DNA of 64,000 nt from Candidatus Kapaibacterium sp. (GTDB lineage: Bacteria; Bacteroidota; Ignavibacteria; Kapaibacteriales; UBA2268): positions 624 to 64,623 of the forward strand of contig JAPLFL010000070.1 in assembly GCA_026390695.1 (NCBI GenBank). The letters run 5' to 3'. Below, one piece after another: positions 10,797-20,700 of this stretch (its first letter is position 1; each line of letters starts with the position of its first letter). The notes beneath the pieces were generated by a model. The model saw only the letters and a list, made by a program, of their open reading frames with translations, was not told the DNA's origin and did no database searches. Position numbers and translations under genes: made by a program.

Positions 10797-11648
10797 TTAT
10801 TCTTCGTCGTCAGGATTTGTAGCTGCACCGAATTTGGCCATGTCTGCGGTACGAAGCCGACGACCACCCAAAAAGCGGTTGCCGTAATATGTACTTTCAA
10901 GCGATGAAACGGTAACACCATACCTTGAACTTGAATGAGCAAACAAATTATCGCCAAGATATATTCCAACATGCGAAACATAAACTTTTCTGCGGGTATT
11001 GAAAAATACAAGATCGCCAAACTGAAGACCACGTCTTGTGATTGGTTTGCCTACTGTGTATTGTTCGTGAGCTGTACGAGGAAGAAGTGAATTTGATGCG
11101 GACTGGAAAATAAATCTTGTGAAGGCTGAACAGTCAATACCTCTGTTGGAAGATCCACCAAAATGGTATGGAGTACCGAGCCAATTCATTATCGTGCCCA
11201 TTAAATCAGATTTTTTGAGACCGTTTTCCATTACGTCATTAGGTGTTTCATCAACGTAGGAAAACCAAAGGTTGCGGAAGGATTCGATATCAACATTTAC
11301 GTCATCTTCAGCTTGAAGTTCGGAAATATCTTCACCTTCATCGATTAAATCATTATAAGGAGTAATTGCAGACTTAGTAGGATCATATTTATATGATTCA
11401 AGTCCTGCAAGTTCAGAAATCGTTTCGGAATTAGTCCGAATCGTTTCAATAGCCTGTGCTCTTGTCACATCTGGCTTATAATTCCTTTTTTTTGAGGATT
11501 TCTTATTCTTTTTAGAAACCTTGTGCTTTGTAGTCGTTTTTTTCTTTGCTGCGCCTTCAGCGTAGGTACCCCCAAAGAAAAAGAGACTCATAGTAACTAA
11601 AATTAGAACTGAAATCCTGACCATAGAAGTAGCTGGTTTGTAAACCAT
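10797..11648 (-). CDS. NlpC/P60 (C40) cell-wall peptidase
   Basis: GTPYHFGG...GIDCSAF, GDLVFF, SHVGIY, FAHSS; signal peptide then Lys-rich linker; AAGGAG RBS. Confidence 0.93.
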   Translation of the reverse strand: MVYKPATSMVRISVLILVTMSLFFFGGTYAEGAAKKKTTTKHKVSKKNKKSSKKRNYKPDVTRAQAIETIRTNSETISELAGLESYKYDPTKSAITPYNDLIDEGEDISELQAEDDVNVDIESFRNLWFSYVDETPNDVMENGLKKSDLMGTIMNWLGTPYHFGGSSNRGIDCSAFTRFIFQSASNSLLPRTAHEQYTVGKPITRRGLQFGDLVFFNTRRKVYVSHVGIYLGDNLFAHSSSRYGVTVSSLESTYYGNRFLGGRRLRTADMAKFGAATNPDDEE

Positions 11649-11677
11649 AGTTGCTCCTTGAAAAGGTTAAACAAAAT

Positions 11678-11807
11678 CATAGCTTAAGTAATTCTCGTCT
11701 GCGCAAAGCTATGTGAGTGCGGACGGCCAACAGCGAATGACCGCTCAAATGTAAATTTGAGTATTGTTCGGTGCATTCGATTTTCAAAATGGACAGTTTC
11801 ATTTTGA
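11678..11807 (-). ncRNA. Candidate structured 5' leader RNA (unassigned family)
   Basis: Three stems plus a possible pseudoknot immediately upstream of the NlpC/P60 RBS; see findings. Confidence 0.4.
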
Positions 11808-12078
11808 TTAAAAAATATAGTTCAAAAAACAATGTGTAACAAAATGTACACTTTTAACGATTGCAATTAACATCTTTTTTCTCACTCAGCAAATTAATTC
11901 TTTTTCATACAGCAAATTATTTTTTAGGAATAGTTATAAATGTTAATAATATCAAGAAATTAGATACTTAGAAAAAAAATAAAAAAAATGTACTTCTTAT
12001 AAAGACGTATAAAAATCTTTACAATTGTGTACATTTTTCTTTACACTATTCTTTGGAACTGCATTTTAATTTACATTA

Positions 12079-12199
12079 TATAATTTTCTTAATGAATTAG
12101 GAATTATTGTCATTTGTGCGCATGCGGGAATCCCCTTCCAGTACCAATAAGGAGATTCCTGCATACGCACAAATGACAGACCTCAAGTAGGAAACGATA
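12079..12199 (+). mobile_element. 121-bp MITE, copy 1
   Basis: Ends TATAATTTTCT...AGGAAACGATA flanked by TTA direct repeats (12076-78, 12200-02); two inverted REP-like units inside. Confidence 0.85.
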
Positions 12200-12378
12200 T
12201 TATTTATCGAATCAGAATTATCCTGATAAGACCATTTCTCATTAAACCAGCTCGTGGTCAGTGCTCTGAGAAACCTTCTGAAAAAGTAGAATGATAAAAA
12301 TATGACGTATATCAGAGTCCATAATTCAATAAAAATGAACATCTAACTTTCAAAACTTGATAAACTTTATTAACTCAT

Positions 12379-13263
12379 TTAATCGTTTCTGCCACGCAAT
12401 GAACAGGTAGGATTAATATTGCAAGTAGAGGAATCAAGAAAAAATTCTATGGTGGCATTAAATATTTTTGCTTTATTAGGCTGGAAATGAACTTCAATTG
12501 AACCATTGATATTAGGATAAATCATCTTTGGTAACTGATCAGGAGATATCAAAAACACAGAATCAGGATCTATTAATTTAAAACCTAAAACAGAAATTGC
12601 ATTTCTGCTATTATTAATCAAACTTATTTTCCGAATAATAGGATGCCCAATTTTTGTAGGGCCACAATCAAGATCAGGAACTTCGATACAAGGAACAGTG
12701 CCTTTTAGATACAGAATAGGGGTTTTAAAGCGTCCGAATTGAATTTGGCTGTAATAGATACCCACAGTATCAACCGGAGCGAATGAGGCGCTTAACTGTA
12801 AACTTGACTCAAACGAACCTGCAGCATTAATTACAATTGGCATTTTCTCCAAAACCTGAAAATTACGATTATCTGCATAATGAATAGAATCAATGATAAG
12901 CACTTCATCAGAAATATTTTTTATTGTAAACAAATGCTTCTTATAGCTGGTCAACGAGACCTGGCCGAAATCAAGAGTATCGTGATCAAGATTGAAATAT
13001 ATTTGTGAACCAGTTCCCGAACCCGGATCAAGTAAAGTTTTTTTACGTGAAGCATTAATATCGGTTGGTGATGCACAGGAATTTAATAAAATATAACCGC
13101 TTAAACTCAGAAATATAATGAGAATATTACAAGTACTACATTCAATGCCACAGCAGTTTTGGAACCGAATGAAAGTATTCATAAAATATAAAAGAGAACC
13201 TGATTTATTAATTGGTTTTTTAAATTTTAATATATTTTTTAGCTGTTTTAGCATATTCTTCAA
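12379..13263 (-). CDS. Lipoprotein with two Ig-fold (choice-of-anchor D/ASH-like) domains
   Basis: Lipobox LLNS-C; DTLDFGQV...FTIKN and LDCG...ISLINN repeats. The true start is probably downstream of the ORF-track start. Confidence 0.7.
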   Translation of the reverse strand: MKNMLKQLKNILKFKKPINKSGSLLYFMNTFIRFQNCCGIECSTCNILIIFLSLSGYILLNSCASPTDINASRKKTLLDPGSGTGSQIYFNLDHDTLDFGQVSLTSYKKHLFTIKNISDEVLIIDSIHYADNRNFQVLEKMPIVINAAGSFESSLQLSASFAPVDTVGIYYSQIQFGRFKTPILYLKGTVPCIEVPDLDCGPTKIGHPIIRKISLINNSRNAISVLGFKLIDPDSVFLISPDQLPKMIYPNINGSIEVHFQPNKAKIFNATIEFFLDSSTCNINPTCSLRGRND

Positions 13264-13272
13264 TTAATCAAA

Positions 13273-14514
13273 TTAAAATTTAACTGAAAATCCATAAGTC
13301 AAACCAAGTTTATTAGTCGAAAAATAATTCTCTTGATATTTATACAATAATAAGCCGTGCTCAATCCCTAAGGAAAATAATAAATTATCGGAAATGAACA
13401 GTTCCAGACCAACCGATTCCTTAATATAAGGCCCAATTCTTGTTCCTGCAATCAATGCGTGAATGAATGGCCGCATGTCAAAATATTTATCATAAGGTTT
13501 AACCGGACTTCCTGTATATTGATAAGAAAAGCCAGTCCAGAAGGCAACATAAGCCTGATTATAGCCATATTCATGTCCATCGGATTCTTTACCATGAAAT
13601 TTTTGCATCAGATCTTCCTGGCCTATTTCTATTCCCATCGAATGATTATCATTAATTTTATACATTAAATTTATAGCGAGATTATTAATGATTGGTTCGT
13701 TATAAGGAACAATATTAACATCAGGGATTGAACCTTGAGCCATTTTTCTGATATTTAAAGAGTAATTCTGGGCCTTAGTTTTTAAATATCTATCGTTTGA
13801 ATTATTAGTCTGAGTTACAATACTGAATATTTCGTGAGATTTCAAGGGTTGAACAACCGAATTTACGTTACTTGTTCTAATTTCACTAAAATTTTTATTT
13901 GAATTGAATTCAGGTTCAGGCTGCTGCACTGGTTGAGCCTGAACATTATCCGGAATGGATGGAATTCCTGCAATAAAGAGATAAGATGGCAATGAGAATG
14001 ATGTTTTACGAGTACTCTTGCTGATTTTATTGGTTGTAATTGGTTTTGTTTCAGTGGCAAGTTTTTTTACAGGTATAGAGCTTACCAATTCTTGGTTGGG
14101 CAAAGCATTATTCTGAACCATCTGATTCGAAATTTTATCGTCTTTCCCGACCGAACTAATAATCAAAGCTGTAGTCAGAGCCGATACTACAGTAGATCCA
14201 ACTATTGCGAAAATTCTTGATCCCAGAAATTTTGTGAAAAAATCAGCAACTCCAAAAGATGTTGGAGATACAAATGGGGCTGTCAATCCTGCTCCAATGC
14301 CTGCACCAATTAAAATTTTATTTTTTAGATTTGAAGGTGGAGCAACCACATTTCCTTTAAACATTTTTCGTAAACTAATGTGTTGGCGCATCTCCTCCTG
14401 CAAGTCAGAGTTTTGGGCAAGTTCATAAAAAAGATTACCCACATCAGATCCATGAAGCTCGCCATCTAAAAAGGCACATAAGCGTTCTGATGCCGTAAAT
14501 AATTCCTGATTCAT
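13273..14514 (-). CDS. Anti-sigma factor with TM helix, disordered linker and C-terminal beta-barrel (Dma-like)
   Basis: N-terminal LCAFLDGEL anti-sigma helix, TM IFAIVGSTVVSALTTALII, S/T/K/P/Q/N-rich linker, amphipathic strands ending GLTYGFSVKF; directly follows an ECF sigma gene. Confidence 0.72.
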   Translation of the reverse strand: MNQELFTASERLCAFLDGELHGSDVGNLFYELAQNSDLQEEMRQHISLRKMFKGNVVAPPSNLKNKILIGAGIGAGLTAPFVSPTSFGVADFFTKFLGSRIFAIVGSTVVSALTTALIISSVGKDDKISNQMVQNNALPNQELVSSIPVKKLATETKPITTNKISKSTRKTSFSLPSYLFIAGIPSIPDNVQAQPVQQPEPEFNSNKNFSEIRTSNVNSVVQPLKSHEIFSIVTQTNNSNDRYLKTKAQNYSLNIRKMAQGSIPDVNIVPYNEPIINNLAINLMYKINDNHSMGIEIGQEDLMQKFHGKESDGHEYGYNQAYVAFWTGFSYQYTGSPVKPYDKYFDMRPFIHALIAGTRIGPYIKESVGLELFISDNLLFSLGIEHGLLLYKYQENYFSTNKLGLTYGFSVKF

Positions 14515-14542
14515 AATATATACCTATAATTTATTTTCATAT

Positions 14543-15109
14543 TTAATCTTGATTGTTTTCCAGAAAATACGGTTGAAGTATTTGCCTTAATCTTTCTTTA
14601 GCTCTATATATCCTGATTCTTACCGAAGAAACGGATATTTCCAGAATGTCTGCAATCTCCTGATAACTTTTATCCAAATATTCCTTCAGAATTAAAATTT
14701 CTTTAAATTTTGGTGGAAGCGCATCCAATGCAGATTCTATTATCATAGTTTGTTCTTTTTGCTCATAAATATCTTCGTTAATTGATAAATTCAAGTCTTC
14801 AATCGTTACAAACGCATGATATTTTTTTTGCTTCTCGTTCAAACATAAATTTCTCGCAATTCTGAAAAGATAAGCAGCAATATTTGTCATGTTGCTCGTA
14901 GCTTTTTGAGTTTCAAGAAGTTTAATAAAAGCTTCCTGAAAAATATCGTTTGCAAGCTGACGATCGTTAAGAATCTTGAAACAATAAGTGTATAAATTTG
15001 TCGAATAACGAGAATACAGCTCTTCGAAAGCATTATTGGATTGGCTGGATTTATCCAAAATCAGCAAATACAGCTCTTCATCAGACCTATCAGTTATTCT
15101 ATTTCTCAT
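14543..15109 (-). CDS. ECF RNA polymerase sigma factor
   Basis: AFEELY, DIFQEAF and YLFRIARN (region 2); SYQEIA..L.IS.SSVR.RIYRAK (region 4). Confidence 0.95.
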   Translation of the reverse strand: MRNRITDRSDEELYLLILDKSSQSNNAFEELYSRYSTNLYTYCFKILNDRQLANDIFQEAFIKLLETQKATSNMTNIAAYLFRIARNLCLNEKQKKYHAFVTIEDLNLSINEDIYEQKEQTMIIESALDALPPKFKEILILKEYLDKSYQEIADILEISVSSVRIRIYRAKERLRQILQPYFLENNQD

Positions 15110-15416
15110 TTACAATTTATCCAAACCATTACAATTTCTTAAAAATATCTAATTTTCAAAATAGTTACAACACTTAACAGTAATAACAGTTCAAAATTGA
15201 AAATATTACATGTTTTGGGAAAATACTTGTAAGAATCACAAGTTTTTCATAATTTTATTTTAGTGAGAAAGTAAATCTTGTTAGTCCTATAAAATTTAAA
15301 TGATTTAAAACCCGCATGAATAGCGAAATCATTAAACCAAACTTTAAGCAAATTTGCATTCAAACTATTTTCTATAAATATAATAATATCTCGCAATTGA
15401 TAATTTCGGAGCTTTT

Positions 15417-16862
15417 TTGAATAAAAATAATAATTCCTCAAATACATACAAAAAATTAAAATTATTTACTTCAATTGCAATAGTAGTCGGAGCTGTAATC
15501 GGATCGGGTATTTTTAAAAAACCAGCACTGATGGCTTCCGAACTTGGCAATCCCACTCTCCTAATTGCAATTTGGGCTATTGCAGGAATTATTACATTAT
15601 TCGGAGCGTTGACCAATGCTGAAATTGCTGGTATTATCACTGCTACCGGTGGGCAGTACAAGTTCTTTGAAAAAATGTATGGTCGATTTTTTGCTTTTCT
15701 TTACGGCTGGGCTATTTTTGCAGTAATCCAAACAGGCTCAATTGCTTCAATTACTTACATTTTTTCAGAATATACCCAGTATTTTATTAAGCTACCAAGA
15801 TTCCCACAAGAAATAGAAAAAGCATACCATATCTATCTCCCGATGATAGGTTATATTTTTCCCCTTGAGAATATAGGAGTTAAATTATTAACTATTACTG
15901 TTGTTTGTGGATTATCATACATTAATTATCTCGGAATAATGTTCGGTGGAGTAATTGTTAATATATTTTCTTCTTTAAAAGTTGCAGCCATTCTTATCCT
16001 TGTTGCTTTTGCATTTACTTATTCAGGTGGAACAGTTGCCAATTTCACAGCATCAGCAATTTCAGTTTCCCATAGTGGGAAAGAGATATTCTTCGGAATC
16101 GTAATGGCACTTTCAGGTGCATTCTGGGCTTATGACGGATGGAATAATATTACTTATATAGCAGGTGAAATTGATCGTCCTCAACGGAATATCCCACTGG
16201 CTCTGACATTCGGTACAATTATTATTATTACGGTTTATATATTAATTAATCTGGCATACTTGTATGTTCTTCCTATTGATATAATTGCAAAATCCACACT
16301 CGTCGCCGCCGACGTAGCAAAGCTTTCCATTGGATCGCTTGGAGCATCATTTGTTGCAATGGCAGTGATGATTTCTACTTTCGGAACATCAAATGGTACT
16401 ATTATGGTTAGCGCCAGAGTTCATTTCGCAATGGCAAAAGATAAAATGTTTTTTAGTCCGATTGCTCAAATTAGTAAAAATAATACTCCCGGTAAATCCC
16501 TTGCCATTCAGGCTTTCTGGACATCTGTTCTGGTTTTAAGCGGAACTTTCGATATTTTAACAAATATGTTAATTTTTGTAAGTTGGATTTTTTACGCAGC
16601 AGGTGCGGCAGGTTTGTTTGTATTACGAAAAAAAATGCCAAATGTCGAGCGTCCATACAAAGTGTGGGGCTATCCTTATGTTCCAATAATTTTTGTTGTT
16701 GTAGCAAGTGCATTTGTAGTATTTACCTTATATTGCGATATTGATAATTACCTAAGCGGTAAGAGTCAGTTGATAAACTCATTATTTGGTTTATTACTAT
16801 GTGCAACCGGTATTCCATTTTATTTATATTTCAAATATAAGCAGAACAAACACGTTAATTAG
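15417..16862 (+). CDS. APC family amino acid permease
   Basis: IGSGIF, AE...[31 protein letters not shown] motifs; TTG start. Confidence 0.92.
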   Translation: MNKNNNSSNTYKKLKLFTSIAIVVGAVIGSGIFKKPALMASELGNPTLLIAIWAIAGIITLFGALTNAEIAGIITATGGQYKFFEKMYGRFFAFLYGWAIFAVIQTGSIASITYIFSEYTQYFIKLPRFPQEIEKAYHIYLPMIGYIFPLENIGVKLLTITVVCGLSYINYLGIMFGGVIVNIFSSLKVAAILILVAFAFTYSGGTVANFTASAISVSHSGKEIFFGIVMALSGAFWAYDGWNNITYIAGEIDRPQRNIPLALTFGTIIIITVYILINLAYLYVLPIDIIAKSTLVAADVAKLSIGSLGASFVAMAVMISTFGTSNGTIMVSARVHFAMAKDKMFFSPIAQISKNNTPGKSLAIQAFWTSVLVLSGTFDILTNMLIFVSWIFYAAGAAGLFVLRKKMPNVERPYKVWGYPYVPIIFVVVASAFVVFTLYCDIDNYLSGKSQLINSLFGLLLCATGIPFYLYFKYKQNKHVN

Positions 16863-16906
16863 TTGTTCATTAAATATGTGTTTCGGACTAAATCAAAGGA
16901 TTTAAT

Positions 16907-17563
16907 ATGAGCGCTCTATTGTATTCAATTCATTCAAAAACACCTGAATTACGTAAAATCAGACAGGTTGCCGATGCTCTGCGCCAAGGGGCAGTAGTAC
17001 TCTATCCTACCGACTCCGGTTTTACACTTGGTTGTGAATTATCTAATAAAGATGCTATTTCGAGAATCAGAGCTATACGAAATATTCCTGAAACAAAAGA
17101 GATGACGTTCCTGTGCCGCGATTTGACCAATCTGAGCGAATTTGCACGAGTTTCAACTCATGCTTACCGGACTATTAAAGGTCTGATTCCCGGCCCATAT
17201 ACGTTTATTTTACCAGCATCGAAAATGGTTCCTAAATTTGCACAACTTGCCAAACGAAAGACAGCAGGAATCCGCGTTCCCGATAATATTTTAGTTCAAC
17301 TACTTTTAAAAGATCTCGGATCACCGATAATTTCAATTTCTGCAAAAATCTCAAATGACGATGTTGAACATAGTCCTGATGCAATTCTTGCAGCATTTAC
17401 AAAATTAGTTGATGTGGCTGTTCAATCCGATGACTATCATTTTCTTGGAGAATCAACTTTGATAGACATGACCAATGAAGAATTCTTAATCACAAGACGT
17501 GGTGCTGGTTATGACAGAGTTCACGAATTTATTGAGACTGAATCTTCCGAAGAGGAGAGCTGA
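16907..17563 (+). CDS. Sua5/YrdC/YciO family threonylcarbamoyl-AMP synthase-like protein
   Basis: YPTDSGF.LGC, PGPYTFIL, GIRVP, SISA, STLID, RRGAG. Confidence 0.88.
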   Translation: MSALLYSIHSKTPELRKIRQVADALRQGAVVLYPTDSGFTLGCELSNKDAISRIRAIRNIPETKEMTFLCRDLTNLSEFARVSTHAYRTIKGLIPGPYTFILPASKMVPKFAQLAKRKTAGIRVPDNILVQLLLKDLGSPIISISAKISNDDVEHSPDAILAAFTKLVDVAVQSDDYHFLGESTLIDMTNEEFLITRRGAGYDRVHEFIETESSEEES

Positions 17564-17584
17564 GTTGTTATGAGTTATGAGTTA

Positions 17585-17705
17585 TATCGTTTCCTACTTG
17601 AAGGCTGTCATTCCTGCGTATGCAGGAATCTCCTGATTAGTATTGGAAGTTGATTCCCGCATGCGCGGGAATGACAATAATTCCTAATTCATTAAGGAAA
17701 TGATA
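17585..17705 (-). mobile_element. 121-bp MITE, copy 2 (inverted relative to copy 1)
   Basis: TATCGTTTCCT...AGGAAATGATA terminal inverted repeats (10/11); TTA at 17582-84 and 17706-08; contains exact ATTCCC-N8-GGGAAT at 17653-17672. Confidence 0.9.
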
Positions 17706-17795
17706 TTATTAGAATTAGAAATTTCTAAATTTATATTAAAATATGGATTTAGAATATTCAGTAAATTAATAATAATGCACATAACTCATAATTAT

Positions 17796-20700
17796 TTACC
17801 TCTTCACAAATTGCTTTCTAATTTCATAATTTTGTGATTTTAAAATCACAAAATATGCTCCTACTGCTAAGTTTGCCGTCGATATTTCCTTGATTGAATT
17901 TCCACCCAAAAATGCCATTTCCCGATGGATGACACTTCCACTGAGATTATTCACCATTATTTCATAAATCTCAGTTTCCAACAAAGGTAACGCAATCGTC
18001 AGTTTATCATCGGCAGGGTTAGGGTAAAGGTTGGCTAAGTACTGCAATCCTGAGTCTTCAACATATTTTTTAACTCCAACTGTAAAGCAGTGATATATCA
18101 AATGACCGAAATCAGGATTGAATGCTTTAATTGTCTTTTTATCCAAACCCATAAAACTCAAAGCACCGCTCCCTTGGCTCGGATCAGCCCAATATGAAAA
18201 ACCTTCGTTATATGGATCAAATATTTCAAGTGTGTAGCAGCCATCTTTCAGGCTAATTGTATCAGTGATCCGTGTCTGTGTAGCCAAATTACTTGGACTA
18301 TATATTATATTACCATTTGCATCTTTAATCTCAAAAGAATAGTCGAAAGGTCGTAGATTTGTTAGATAATTAATAATGAATTTATTCGGATAAATATCAG
18401 GTATCCGATAAACAGAATGAGCAGTATTATTAGTTAAATAAGTGTCCTGATTGCCATCATTGAGATTTACGATACAATTAAAAACTCTTGTGCTATCACC
18501 AATCCACAGTTGGCTATCAGCCCAGGGTAGTGAAATTGTTTCGGTCATATTTGGCTTAATAAGACCGTTCCAGTCATAAGTTTGCTCTATACTGCCTGCC
18601 ACACTATATTTAAAGCTCAGTTTAGTTAAATCATTTGCTGACGAATTATTCCTGATAATAACTGAAGGATTAGCACAGATCGGGTTTTTACGAGAATAAT
18701 ATGGAGTAATATTAGGTGTAATAATATCCAATAATTCGACGTCATAATCATTATTTGCTTTATCATACTCGAAAAGCTGCATTGAGACTACATAATTCCC
18801 AGATCCCATTCCAAGATTGGTTGCCGGAACTTTTGAAATATCATAATCAATATTCAAAGTGTCATTTTTGATAAATTTCTGAACTTCAAAAACAAAATCA
18901 GGCACAATATCGCCAGGGCACCAGCCTTCGCGGGATCCTGGCCAAGTACCACCCTGTGGGTAAACCGGATTTGAAGCACAATCGAATTCACGCCAGATAT
19001 GCCAAGTACATTCCTTAATACCATTGAACAGAAGGGAATGTTCATTGTCTTTCCATTCGCAGCAATGAGGGTATTGTCCATTATTACTCTGATGACCGTG
19101 ACCAGTGAGTCTTGTTATTATTTTAGATTGCTTAATATCCTTGCTGATAGGTACATTTAATTTACTAAGTCTGGTATCATTTGATAAACTGGCATAGTTT
19201 AAATCTAAAAAAGCTCCATGATTATTCTCCTGCCATAGCTTAGTAATTTTTTTGACATTTCTCGGAGGAGTGCCTTTGATCATATAAAAAGTGACCTCTG
19301 GGAGCTCTTGTTGATTTCCTACTTCAAAATCAACATTTCCTTTTAACAGAGAAGCATAATCTGTCACATCATAGAACCATGTAAAGCCATTAGGGCCAAG
19401 ATCAAGCATCTTGCCATAAGGAGTAATAAATCTCCCGATTTCATAAGCTTCTTTTATTTCATAAGGATCGGAATAATATGTGTTACTGGAATTTGATATT
19501 TTGGTTTGAAAATCCAAATACAGAGAATCTATTTTATTCGAATTAGGATTGTAAACCCAGCACCAGCCTGGTTGGCAGGCATAAATTGTATCAATCTGTT
19601 TCGGTTTATTATTTACTATCGCCCATTTTTGTATATAATATTTTCTTGCAAAAACTGTATCTGCAACAATAGTTGTATCGTTTTTAATTTTATAAGTTCC
19701 GGCAAAGAGAGCCATGTTTGGTAGAATATTATTTAGCTTTACATTGAATTGCATATCATCTTTGGATAGTTTATTATATGACGGGAATCCGAATGGTTTT
19801 ACATTTTGACTAAGTCCTGACTGATCTTTAAGATAATTTAAAGTATCATTCATCGGAAGATAAAGAATAAGGTTTTTTTGCGAAGGATGGCTGCTATCAA
19901 TTGGTTTGAGCATCCATACTTTTATTACTGAATCAGTTAAATCGGTTTTCCAAGCACGAATTTCAAACAATTTACCATTAAGATTTTCACCAACTATGAA
20001 CGGAGATTTCAAATCAGGTGTCCATTGCGGGATAGGTGTTCCACGTACTGTCAGAGCCACCGAAGAGCCATTGATTAAGAGTCTTAACCTGTTATTTTCA
20101 TTGGCTTGAGTGCCGTCAAAAACTAATGCAACATGAGTCCAAGTCTGCTTTGGGAGAGCATTTTTTGCATAAGCATAAGAGTTAGTCCAGTTGCGCATAA
20201 TACAATACACGTCACCTGCCGCGGTTAATTCAATTCCTATTTTCCCACCTTTTTCCATAAAGCGCGCCCAGTCAACTCCATTCGATATATAAACCCAACC
20301 TTCAAGAGTAAATTTTTGTAATCCATCAAATTGAGGAACTAATCCGCAATCTACATAATCATCACCTTCGAAATTCATGCAGTATGCTTTGTCATTTGCC
20401 GCTATAGATGTGCCGTTTGAACAAATAATTTTAACAGGATTATTATTGCTGAGTCCGTCATAAGAAATCTGAACCACCATACCCAACAAAGATGAGTATG
20501 TAAATGGCATTGAAAGCGGGATATTGATCCATCCATCTTTCGAAATAGTTAAATCTCCCTGGAAATATGTCTCAAAATTATTTGCGAAAAAAGCGCTTGT
20601 ATCATTGCTAAGGAATAACTTCAAGGTGAAATTTTTTATCGTTGTTCCAGTTCCGGAAAAATTAAATTTCATCATGTTATACTGACCGCTTTTGACTCCT

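Noticed and set aside
11696..11730. c-di-GMP-I riboswitch suggested by GCGCAAAGCTAT
   Set aside because: It lies on the strand opposite the downstream gene and lacks the GNRA-capped first stem and the remaining consensus.
12211..12281. Hammerhead ribozyme (CTGATAA...GAAAC)
   Set aside because: The core is not CUGANGA, and GAAA does not directly follow the candidate stem II.
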